From: Eledone cirrhosa
Lineage: Eukaryota
DNA: 64,000 bases
Assembly: GCA_964016885.1 (NCBI GenBank)
Contig: OZ024744.1
Span: 17,980,001-18,044,000 of the forward strand
Reading direction: 5' to 3'
Shown here: one piece after another, positions 26,901 to 39,749 of the stretch
Layout: each line of letters starts with the position of its first letter
Position numbering within the stretch: position 1 is the first letter of the stretch
Position numbers and translations under genes: made by a program
Notes under the pieces: model-generated
The model's database searches: none
Told to the model about the DNA's origin: nothing
Seen by the model: the letters and a program-made list of their open reading frames with translations, nothing else

Positions 26901-29900
26901 GTGTATGTCACTGTGTGTTTCTGTATGTCTGTGTCTCTGTGTATGTCACTGTATCTTTGTGTATGTATGTGTCACTGTGTATGTCACTGTGTGTTTATGT
27001 ATGTCTGTGTCACTGTGTATGTCACTGTGTGTTTCTGTATATCTGTGTCTCTGTGTATGTCACTGTATCTTTGTGTATGTCTGTGTCACTGTGTATGTCA
27101 CTGTATCTTTGTGTATGTTTGTGTCACGGTGTATATCCCTGTACGTTTGTGTATGTCTGTGTCACTCTATATGTCACTGTACGTTTGTGTATGTCTGTGT
27201 GACGGTGTATGTCACTGTGTGTTTCTGTATGTCTGTGTCACTGTGTATGTCACTGTATCTTTGTGTATGTCTGTGTCACTGTGTACGTCACTGTGTGTTT
27301 CTGTATGTATGTGTCACTGTCTATGTCACTGTATGTTTCTGAATGTCTGTGTCACTGTGTATGTCACTGTGTGTTTCTGTATGTCTGTGTCACGGTGTAT
27401 GTCACTGTATGTTTGTGTGTGTCTGTGTCACTGTGTATGTCACTGTGTGTTTCTGTATGTCTGTGTCACCGTGTATGTCACTGTATCTTTGTGTATGCCT
27501 GTGTCACTGTGTATGTCACTGTGTGATTCTGTATGTCTGTGTCACTGTGTATGTCACTGTGTGTTTCTGTATGTTTGTGTCACTGTGTATGTCACTAAAG
27601 GTTTGTGTGTGTCTGTGTCTCTGTCTATGTCACTGTGTGTTTGCGTGTGTCTGTGTCACTGTGTATGTCACTGTTTGTTTGTGTATGTCTGTGTCACTGT
27701 GTGTGTTTCTGTATGTCTGTGTCACTGTGCATGTCATTGTATCTTCGTGTATGTCTGTGTCACTGTGTATGTCACTGTATCTTTGTGTATGTCTGTGTCA
27801 CTCTGTATGTCACTGTGTGTTTCTGCATGTCTGTGTCACTCTGTATGTCACTGTATATTTCTGTATGTCTGTGTCACTGTGTATGTCACTGTATGTTTCT
27901 GTATGTCTGTGTCACTGTGTATGTCACTGTATTTTTATGTATGTCTGTGTCACTGTGTATGTCACTGTATCTTCGTGTATGTATGTGTCCCTGTGTATGT
28001 CACTGTATGTTTCTGTATGTCTGTGTCATTGTGTATGTCACTGTGTGTATCTGTATGTCTGTGTCACTGTGTATGTCAATGTATGTTTGTGTATGTCTGT
28101 GCCACCGTGTATGTCACTGTATGTTTCTGTATGTCTGTGTCACTGTGTATGTCACTGTATGTTTCTGTATGTCTGTGTCACTGTGTATGTCACTGTATGT
28201 TTCTGTATGTCTGTGTCACTGTGTATGTCACTGTATGTTTCTGTATGTCTGTGTCACTGTGTATGTCACTGTATCTTTATGTATGTCTGAGTCACTGTGT
28301 ATGTCACTGTGAGTTTCTGTATGTCTGTGTCACTGTGTAAGTCATTGTATCTTTGCGTATGTCTGTGGCACTCTGTATGTCATTGTGTGTTTCTGTATGT
28401 CTGTGTGACTGTCTATGTCACTGTATCTTTGTGTATGTCTGCGTCACTGTGTATGTCACTGTGTGTTTCTGTATGTATGTGTCACTGTCTATGTCACTGT
28501 ATCTTTGTGTATGTCTACGTCACTGTGTATGTCACTGTGTGTTTCTGTATGTCTGTGTCTCTGTGTATGTCACTGTATCTTTGTGTATGTATGTGTCACT
28601 GTGTATGTCACTGTGTGTTTATGTATGTCTGTGTCACTGTGTATGTCACTGTGTGTTTCTGTATATCTGTGTCTCTGTGTATGTCACTGTATCTTTGTGT
28701 ATGTCTGTGTCACTGTGTATGTCACTGTATCTTTGTGTATGTTTGTGTCACGGTGTATATCCCTGTACGTTTGTGTATGTCTGTGTCACTCTATATGTCA
28801 CTGTACGTTTGTGTATGTCTGTGTGACTGTGTATGTCACTGTATGTTTCTGTATGTCTGTGTCACGGTGTATGTCACTGTGTGTTTCTGTATGTCTGTGT
28901 CACTGTGTATGTCACTGTATCTTTGTGTATGTCTGTGTCACTGTGTACGTCACTGTGTGTTTCTGTATGTATGTGTCACTGTCTATGTCACTGTATGTTT
29001 CTGAATGTCTGTGTCACTATGTATGTCACTGTGTGTTTCTGTATGTCTGTGTCACGGTGTATGTCACTGTATGTTTGTGTGTGCCTGTGTCACTGTGTAT
29101 GTCACTGTGTGTTTCTGTATGTCTGTGTCACCGTGTATGTCACTGTATCTTTGTGTATGCCTGTGTCACTGTGTATGTCACTGTGTGATTATGTATGTCT
29201 GTGTCACTGTGTATGTCACTGTGTGTTTCTGTATGTTTGTGTCACTGTGTATGTCACTAAAGGTTTGTGTGTGTCTGTGTCTCTGTCTATGTCACTGTGT
29301 GTTTGCGTGTGTCTGTGTCACTGTGTATGTCACTGTTTGTTTGTGTATGTCTGTGTCACTGTGTGTGTTTCTGTATGTCTGTGTCACTGTGCATGTCATT
29401 GTATCTTCGTGTATGTCTGTGTCACTGTGTATGTCACTGTATCTTTGTGTATGTCTGTGTCACTCTGTATGTCACTGTGTGTTTCTGCATGTCTGTGTCA
29501 CTCTGTATGTCACTGTATATTTCTGTATGTCTGTGTCACTGTGTATGTCACTGTATGTTTCTGTATGTCTGTGTCACTGTGTATGTCACTGTATTTTTAT
29601 GTATGTCTGTGTCACTGTGTATGTCACTGTATCTTCGTGTATGTATGTGTCCCTGTGTATGTCACTGTATGTTTCTGTATGTCTGTGTCATTGTGTATGT
29701 CACTGTGTGTATCTGTATGTCTGTGTCACTGTGTATGTCAATGTATGTTTGTGTATGTCTGTGTCACCGTGTATGTCACTGTATGTTTCTGTATGTCTGT
29801 GTCACTGTGTATGTCACTGTATGTTTCTGTATGTCTGTGTCACTGTGTATGTCACTGTATGTTTCTGTATGTCTGTGTCACTGTGTATGTCACTGTATGT

Positions 29901-31743
29901 TTCTGTATGTCTGTGTCACTGTGTATATCACTGTATGTTTCTGTATGTCTGTGTCACTGTCTATCTCGCTGTATGTTTCTGAATGTCTGTGTCACTGTGT
30001 ATGTCACTGTGCGTTTCTGTATGTCTGTGTTACGGTGTATGTCACTGTATGTTTGTGTGTGTATGTGTCACTGTGTATGTCACTGTGTGTTTGTGTATGT
30101 CTGTGTCACTGTGTATGTCACTGTGTGTTTCTGTATGTCTGTGTCACTGTGTAAGTCATTGTATCTTTGTGTATGTCTGTGGCACTCTGTATGTCATTGT
30201 GTGTTTCTGTATGTCTGTGTGACTGTCTATGTCACTGTATATTTGTGTATGTCTGTGACACTGTGTATGTCAATGTGTGTTTCTGTATGTATGTGTCTCT
30301 GTATATGTCACTGTATCTTTGTGTATGTATGTGTCACTGTGTATGTCACTGTGTGTTTGTGTATGACTGTGTCACTGTGTATGTTACTGTGAGTTTCTGT
30401 ATGTCTGTGTCACGGTGTATGTCACTGTATATTTCTGTATGTCCGTGTCAGTGTGTATGTCACTGGGTGTTTCTGTATGTGTGTGTCACACTGTATATCA
30501 CTGTATATTTGTGTAGGTCTGTGTCAGCGTGTATGTCACTGTATCTTTATGTATGTCTGTGTCACTGTGTATGTCACTGTGAGTTTCTGTATGTATGTGT
30601 CACTGTGTATGTCACTGTATCTTTATGTATGTCTGTGTCACTGTGTATGTCACTGTGAGTTTCTGTATGTCTGTGTCACTGTGTAAGTCATTGTATCTTT
30701 GCGTATGTCTGTGGCACTCTGTATGTCATTGTGTGTTTCTGTATGTCTGTGTGACTGTCTATGTCACTGTATCTTTGTGTATGTCTGCGTCACTGTGTAT
30801 GTCACTGTGTGTTTATGTATGTCTGTGTCTCTGACTATGTCACTGTGTGTTTGCGTGTGTCTGTGTCACTGTGTATGTCGCTGTGTGTTTCTGTATGTAT
30901 GTGTGACTGTGTATGTCACTGTTTGTTTGTGTATGTCTGTGTCACTGTGTATGTCATTGTGTGTTTCTGTATGTCTGTGTCACTGTGCATGTCATTGAAT
31001 CTTTGTGTATGTCTGTGTCACTGTGTATGTCACTGTATCTTTGTGTATGTCTGTGTCACTGTGTATGTCATTGTGTGTTTCTGTATGTCTGTGTCACTGT
31101 GTATGTCACTGTATATTTCTGTATGTCTGTTTCACTGTGTATGTCACTGTGTGTTTCTGTATGTCTCTGTCACTCTGTATGTCACTGTATATTTCTGTAT
31201 GTCTGTGTCACTGTGTATGTCACTGTATGTTTCTGTATGTCTGTGTCACTCTGTATGTCAATGTGTGATTCTGCATGTCTGTGTCACTGTGTATGTCATT
31301 GTGTGTTTCTGTATGTCTGTGTCACTGTGTATGTCACTGTATCTTTGTGTATGTATGTGTCCCTGTGTATGTCACTGTATGTTTCTGTATGTCTGTGTCA
31401 CTGTGTTTCTGTATGTCTGTGTCACTGTGTATGTCACTGTATCTTTGTGTATGTCTGTGTCACCGTGTCTGTCACTGTATGTTTCTGTATGGCAGTGTTA
31501 CTGTGTATGTCACTGTATGTTTCTGTATGTCTGTGTCACTGTGTATGTCACTGTATGTTTCTGTATGTCTGTGTCACTGTGTATGTCACTGTATCTTTGT
31601 GTATGTATGTGTCCCTGTGTATGTCACTGTATGTTTATGTATGTCTGTGTCACTGTGTATATCACTGTATGTTTCTGTATGTCTGTGTCACTGTCTATCT
31701 CACTGTGTGTTTCTGAATGTCTGTGTCACTGTGTATGTCACTG
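23948..31743. repeat. ~7.8-kb block, copy 2 (of ~7625-15420)
   Basis: Constant offset 16,323. Only a few substitutions were noticed (near 24082, 26145, 29465, 31268). Confidence 0.9.
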
Positions 31744-34700
31744 TATCTTTGTGTATGTCTGTGTCACTCTGTATGTCACTGTGTGTTTCTGCATGTCTGT
31801 GTCACTCTGTATGTCACTGTATATTTCTGTATGTCTGTGTCACTGTGTATGTCACTGTATGTTTCTGTATGTCTGTGTCACTGTGTATGTCACTGTATTT
31901 TTATGTATGTCTGTGTCACTGTGTATGTCACTGTATCTTCGTGTATGTATGTGTCCCTGTGTATGTCACTGTATGTTTCTGTATGTCTGTGTCATTGTGT
32001 ATGTCACTGTGTGTATCTGTATGTCTGTGTCACTGTGTATGTCAATGTATGTTTGTGTATGTCTGTGCCACCGTGTATGTCACTGTATGTTTCTGTATGT
32101 CTGTGTCACTGTGTATGTCACTGTATGTTTCTGTATGTCTGTGTCACTGTGTATGTCACTGTATGTTTCTGTATGTCTGTGTCACTGTGTATGTCACTGT
32201 ATGTTTCTGTATGTCTGTGTCACTGTGTATGTCACTGTATCTTTATGTATGTCTGAGTCACTGTGTATGTCACTGTGAGTTTCTGTATGTCTGTGTCACT
32301 GTGTAAGTCATTGTATCTTTGCGTATGTCTGTGGCACTCTGTATGTCATTGTGTGTTTCTGTATGTCTGTGTGACTGTCTATGTCACTGTATCTTTGTGT
32401 ATGTCTGCGTCACTGTGTATGTCACTGTGTGTTTCTGTATGTATGTGTCACTGTCTATGTCACTGTATCTTTGTGTATGTCTACGTCACTGTGTATGTCA
32501 CTGTGTGTTTCTGTATGTCTGTGTCTCTGTGTATGTCACTGTATCTTTGTGTATGTATGTGTCACTGTGTATGTCACTGTGTGTTTATGTATGTCTGTGT
32601 CACTGTGTATGTCACTGTGTGTTTCTGTATATCTGTGTCTCTGTGTATGTCACTGTATCTTTGTGTATGTCTGTGTCACTGTGTATGTCACTGTATCTTT
32701 GTGTATGTTTGTGTCACGGTGTATATCCCTGTACGTTTGTGTATGTCTGTGTCACTCTATATGTCACTGTACGTTTGTGTATGTCTGTGTGACTGTGTAT
32801 GTCACTGTATGTTTCTGTATGTCTGTGTCACGGTGTATGTCACTGTGTGTTTCTGTATGTCTGTGTCACTGTGTATGTCACTGTATCTTTGTGTATGTCT
32901 GTGTCACTGTGTACGTCACTGTGTGTTTCTGTATGTATGTGTCACTGTCTATGTCACTGTATGTTTCTGAATGTCTGTGTCACTATGTATGTCACTGTGT
33001 GTTTCTGTATGTCTGTGTCACGGTGTATGTCACTGTATGTTTGTGTGTGCCTGTGTCACTGTGTATGTCACTGTGTGTTTCTGTATGTCTGTGTCACCGT
33101 GTATGTCACTGTATCTTTGTGTATGCCTGTGTCACTGTGTATGTCACTGTGTGATTATGTATGTCTGTGTCACTGTGTATGTCACTGTGTGTTTCTGTAT
33201 GTTTGTGTCACTGTGTATGTCACTAAAGGTTTGTGTGTGTCTGTGTCTCTGTCTATGTCACTGTGTGTTTGCGTGTGTCTGTGTCACTGTGTATGTCACT
33301 GTTTGTTTGTGTATGTCTGTGTCACTGTGTGTGTTTCTGTATGTCTGTGTCACTGTGCATGTCATTGTATCTTCGTGTATGTCTGTGTCACTGTGTATGT
33401 CACTGTATCTTTGTGTATGTCTGTGTCACTCTGTATGTCACTGTGTGTTTCTGCATGTCTGTGTCACTCTGTATGTCACTGTATATTTCTGTATGTCTGT
33501 GTCACTGTGTATGTCACTGTATGTTTCTGTATGTCTGTGTCACTGTGTATGTCACTGTATTTTTATGTATGTCTGTGTCACTGTGTATGTCACTGTATCT
33601 TCGTGTATGTATGTGTCCCTGTGTATGTCACTGTATGTTTCTGTATGTCTGTGTCATTGTGTATGTCACTGTGTGTATCTGTATGTCTGTGTCACTGTGT
33701 ATGTCAATGTATGTTTGTGTATGTCTGTGTCACCGTGTATGTCACTGTATGTTTCTGTATGTCTGTGTCACTGTGTATGTCACTGTATGTTTCTGTATGT
33801 CTGTGTCACTGTGTATGTCACTGTATGTTTCTGTATGTCTGTGTCACTGTGTATGTCACTGTATGTTTCTGTATGTCTGTGTCACTGTGTATATCACTGT
33901 ATGTTTCTGTATGTCTGTGTCACTGTCTATCTCGCTGTATGTTTCTGAATGTCTGTGTCACTGTGTATGTCACTGTGCGTTTCTGTATGTCTGTGTTACG
34001 GTGTATGTCACTGTATGTTTGTGTGTGTATGTGTCACTGTGTATGTCACTGTGTGTTTGTGTATGTCTGTGTCACTGTGTATGTCACTGTGTGTTTCTGT
34101 ATGTCTGTGTCACTGTGTAAGTCATTGTATCTTTGTGTATGTCTGTGGCACTCTGTATGTCATTGTGTGTTTCTGTATGTCTGTGTGACTGTCTATGTCA
34201 CTGTATATTTGTGTATGTCTGTGACACTGTGTATGTCAATGTGTGTTTCTGTATGTATGTGTCTCTGTATATGTCACTGTATCTTTGTGTATGTATGTGT
34301 CACTGTGTATGTCACTGTGTGTTTGTGTATGACTGTGTCACTGTGTATGTTACTGTGAGTTTCTGTATGTCTGTGTCACGGTGTATGTCACTGTATATTT
34401 CTGTATGTCCGTGTCAGTGTGTATGTCACTGGGTGTTTCTGTATGTGTGTGTCACACTGTATATCACTGTATATTTGTGTAGGTCTGTGTCAGCGTGTAT
34501 GTCACTGTATCTTTATGTATGTCTGTGTCACTGTGTATGTCACTGTGAGTTTCTGTATGTATGTGTCACTGTGTATGTCACTGTATCTTTATGTATGTCT
34601 GTGTCACTGTGTATGTCACTGTGAGTTTCTGTATGTCTGTGTCACTGTGTAAGTCATTGTATCTTTGCGTATGTCTGTGGCACTCTGTATGTCATTGTGT

Positions 34701-35706
34701 GTTTCTGTATGTCTGTGTGACTGTCTATGTCACTGTATCTTTGTGTATGTCTGCGTCACTGTGTATGTCACTGTGTGTTTATGTATGTCTGTGTCTCTGA
34801 CTATGTCACTGTGTGTTTGCGTGTGTCTGTGTCACTGTGTATGTCGCTGTGTGTTTCTGTATGTATGTGTGACTGTGTATGTCACTGTTTGTTTGTGTAT
34901 GTCTGTGTCACTGTGTATGTCATTGTGTGTTTCTGTATGTCTGTGTCACTGTGCATGTCATTGAATCTTTGTGTATGTCTGTGTCACTGTGTATGTCACT
35001 GTATCTTTGTGTATGTCTGTGTCACTGTGTATGTCATTGTGTGTTTCTGTATGTCTGTGTCACTGTGTATGTCACTGTATATTTCTGTATGTCTGTTTCA
35101 CTGTGTATGTCACTGTGTGTTTCTGTATGTCTCTGTCACTCTGTATGTCACTGTATATTTCTGTATGTCTGTGTCACTGTGTATGTCACTGTATGTTTCT
35201 GTATGTCTGTGTCACTCTGTATGTCAATGTGTGATTCTGCATGTCTGTGTCACTGTGTATGTCATTGTGTGTTTCTGTATGTCTGTGTCACTGTGTATGT
35301 CACTGTATCTTTGTGTATGTATGTGTCCCTGTGTATGTCACTGTATGTTTCTGTATGTCTGTGTCACTGTGTTTCTGTATGTCTGTGTCACTGTGTATGT
35401 CACTGTATCTTTGTGTATGTCTGTGTCACCGTGTCTGTCACTGTATGTTTCTGTATGGCAGTGTTACTGTGTATGTCACTGTATGTTTCTGTATGTCTGT
35501 GTCACTGTGTATGTCACTGTATGTTTCTGTATGTCTGTGTCACTGTGTATGTCACTGTATCTTTGTGTATGTATGTGTCCCTGTGTATGTCACTGTATGT
35601 TTATGTATGTCTGTGTCACTGTGTATATCACTGTATGTTTCTGTATGTCTGTGTCACTGTCTATCTCACTGTGTGTTTCTGAATGTCTGTGTCACTGTGT
35701 ATGTCA
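27775..35706. repeat. 3,966-bp tandem duplication (~27775-31740 and ~31741-35706)
   Basis: ORFs 28297/32263, 28833/32799 and 30761/34727 share the offset. The private variant GTGTGATTCTGCATG occurs at 31268 and 35234 only. Confidence 0.88.
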
Positions 35707-38700
35707 CTGTGCGTTTCTGTATGTCTGTGTCACGGTGTATGTCAATGTCTCTGTGTGTTTCTGTATGTCTGTGTCTCTGTGTATGTCACTGTATCTTTGT
35801 GTCTGTATGTGTCACTGTGTATGTCACTGTGTGTTTCTGTATGTCTGTGTCACTGTGTATGTCAATGTCTCTGTGTGTTTCTGTATGTCTGTGTCTCTGT
35901 GTATGTCACTGTATCTTTGTGTATGTATGTGTCACTGTGTATGTCACTGTGTGTTTCTGTATGTCTGTGTCACTGTGTATGTCACTGTGTTTTTCTGCAT
36001 GTCAGTGTCACTGTGTAAGTCACTGTGTGTTTCTGTATGTCTGTGTCACTGTATATGTCACTGTATGTTTGTGTATGTCTGTGTCACTGTGTATGTCACT
36101 GTCTGTTTCTGTATGACTGTGTCACTGTGTATGTCACTGTGTGTTTCTGTATGTATGTGTCACTGTGTATGTCACTGAGTGTTTCTGTATGTATGTGTCA
36201 CTATGTATGTCGCTGTATGTTTGTATTGTCTGTGTCACTGTGTATGTCACTGTGTATTTCTGTATGTCTGTGTCAGTGTGTATGTCACTGGGTGTTTCTG
36301 TATGTCTGTGTCACACTGTATATCACTGTATCTTTGTGTAGGTCTCTGTCACCGTGTATGTCACTGTGAGTTTCTGTATGTCTGTGTCACTGTGTATGTC
36401 ACAGTGTGTTTCTGTATGTATGTGTCACTGTGTATGTCACTGTATGTCTCTGTATGTATGTGTCACTGTCTATGTCACTGTATCTTTGTGTATGTCTACG
36501 TCACTGTGTATGTCACTGTGTGTTTCTGTATGTCTGTGTCTCTGTGTATGTCACTGTATCTTTGTGTATGTTTGTGTCACGGTGTATATCCCTGTACGTT
36601 TGTGTATGTCTGTGTCACTCTATATGTCACTGTACGTTTGTGTATGTCTGTGTGACTGTGTATGTCACTGTATGTTTCTGTATGTCTGTGTCACGGTGTA
36701 TGTCACTGTGTGTTTCTGTATGTCTGTGTCACTGTGTATGTCACTGTATCTTTGTGTATGTCTGTGTCACTGTGTACGTCACTGTGTGTTTCTGTATGTA
36801 TGTGTCACTGTCTATGTCACTGTATGTTTCTGAATGTCTGTGTCACTATGTATGTCACTGTGTGTTTCTGTATGTCTGTGTCACGGTGTATGTCACTGTA
36901 TGTTTGTGTGTGCCTGTGTCACTGTGTATGTCACTGTGTGTTTCTGTATGTCTGTGTCACCGTGTATGTCACTGTATCTTTGTGTATGCCTGTGTCACTG
37001 TGTATGTCACTGTGTGATTATGTATGTCTGTGTCACTGTGTATGTCACTGTGTGTTTCTGTATGTTTGTGTCACTGTGTATGTCACTAAAGGTTTGTGTG
37101 TGTCTGTGTCTCTGTCTATGTCACTGTGTGTTTGCGTGTGTCTGTGTCACTGTGTATGTCACTGTTTGTTTGTGTATGTCTGTGTCACTGTGTGTGTTTC
37201 TGTATGTCTGTGTCACTGTGCATGTCATTGTATCTTCGTGTATGTCTGTGTCACTGTGTATGTCACTGTATCTTTGTGTATGTCTGTGTCACTATGTATG
37301 TCACTGTGTGTTTCTGCATGTCTGTGTCACTCTGTATGTCACTGTATATTTCTGTATGTCTGTGTCACTGTGTATGTCACTGTATGTTTCTGTATGTCTG
37401 TGTCACTGTGTATGTCACTGTATTTTTATGTATGTCTGTGTCACTGTGTATGTCACTGTATCTTCGTGTATGTATGTGTCCCTGTGTATGTCACTGTATG
37501 TTTCTGTATGTCTGTGTCATTGTGTATGTCACTGTGTGTATCTGTATGTCTGTGTCACTGTGTATGTCAATGTATGTTTGTGTATGTCTGTGTCACCGTG
37601 TATGTCACTGTATGTTTCTGTATGTCTGTGTCACTGTGTATGTCACTGTATGTTTCTGTATGTCTGTGTCACTGTGTATGTCACTGTATGTTTCTGTATG
37701 TCTGTGTCACTGTGTATGTCACTGTATGTTTCTGTATGTCTGTGTCACTGTGTATATCACTGTATGTTTCTGTATGTCTGTGTCACTGTCTATCTCGCTG
37801 TATGTTTCTGAATGTCTGTGTCACTGTGTATGTCACTGTGCGTTTCTGTATGTCTGTGTTACGGTGTATGTCACTGTATGTTTGTGTGTGTATGTGTCAC
37901 TGTGTATGTCACTGTGTGTTTGTGTATGTCTGTGTCACTGTGTATGTCACTGTGTGTTTCTGTATGTCTGTGTGACTGTCTATGTCACTGTATATTTGTG
38001 TATGTCTGTGACACTGTGTATGTCAATGTGTGTTTCTGTATGTATGTGTCTCTGTATATGTCACTGTATCTTTGTGTATGTATGTGTCACTGTGTATGTC
38101 ACTGTGTGTTTGTGTATGACTGTGTCACTGTGTATGTTACTGTGAGTTTCTGTATGTCTGTGTCACGGTGTATGTCACTGTATATTTCTGTATGTCCGTG
38201 TCAGTGTGTATGTCACTGGGTGTTTCTGTATGTGTGTGTCACACTGTATATCACTGTATATTTGTGTAGGTCTGTGTCAGCGTGTATGTCACTGTATCTT
38301 TATGTATGTCTGTGTCACTGTGTATGTCACTGTGAGTTTCTGTATGTATGTGTCACTGTGTATGTCACTGTATCTTTATGTATGTCTGTGTCACTGTGTA
38401 TGTCACTGTGAGTTTCTGTATGTCTGTGTCACTGTGTAAGTCATTGTATCTTTGCGTATGTCTGTGGCACTCTGTATGTCATTGTGTGTTTCTGTATGTC
38501 TGTGTGACTGTCTATGTCACTGTATCTTTGTGTATGTCTGCGTCACTGTGTATGTCACTGTGTGTTTATGTATGTCTGTGTCTCTGACTATGTCACTGTG
38601 TGTTTGCGTGTGTCTGTGTCACTGTGTATGTCGCTGTGTGTTTCTGTATGTATGTGTGACTGTGTATGTCACTGTTTGTTTGTGTATGTCTGTGTCACTG

Positions 38701-39749
38701 TGTATGTCATTGTGTGTTTCTGTATGTCTGTGTCACTGTGCATGTCATTGAATCTTTGTGTATGTCTGTGTCACTGTGTATGTCACTGTATCTTTGTGTA
38801 TGCCTGTGTCACTGTGTATGTCATTGTGTGTTTCTGTATGTCTGTGTCACTGTGTATGTCACTGTATATTTCTGTATGTCTGTTTCACTGTGTATGTCAC
38901 TGTGTGTTTCTGTATGTCTCTGTCACTCTGTATGTCACTGTATATTTCTGTATGTCTGTGTCACTGTGTATGTCACTGTATGTTTCTGTATGTCTGTGTC
39001 ACTCTGTATGTCAATGTGTGTTTCTGCATGTCTGTGTCACTGTGTATGTCATTGTGTGTTTCTGTATGTCTGTGTCACTGTGTATGTCACTGTATCTTTG
39101 TGTATGTATGTGTCCCTGTGTATGTCACTGTATGTTTCTGTATGTCTGTGTCACTGTGTTTCTGTATGTCTGTGTCACTGTGTATGTCACTGTATCTTTG
39201 TGTATGTCTGTGTCACCGTGTCTGTCACTGTATGTTTCTGTATGGCAGTGTTACTGTGTATGTCACTGTATGTTTCTGTATGTCTGTGTCACTGTGTATG
39301 TCACTGTATGTTTCTGTATGTCTGTGTCACTGTGTATGTCACTGTATCTTTGTGTATGTATGTGTCCCTGTGTATGTCACTGTATGTTTATGTATGTCTG
39401 TGTCACTGTGTATATCACTGTATGTTTCTGTATGTCTGTGTCACTGTCTATCTCACTGTGTGTTTCTGAATGTCTGTGTCACTGTGTATGTCACTGTGCG
39501 TTTCTGTATGTCTGTGTCACGGTGTATGTCAATGTCTCTGTGTGTTTCTGTATGTCTGTGTCTCTGTGTATGTCACTGTATCTTTGTGTCTGTATGTGTC
39601 ACTGTGTATGTCACTGTGTGTTTCTGTATGTCTGTGTCACTGTGTATGTCAATGTCTCTGTGTGTTTCTGTATGTCTGTGTCTCTGTGTATGTCACTGTA
39701 TCTTTGTGTATGTATGTGTCACTGTGTATGTCACTGTGTGTTTCTGTAT

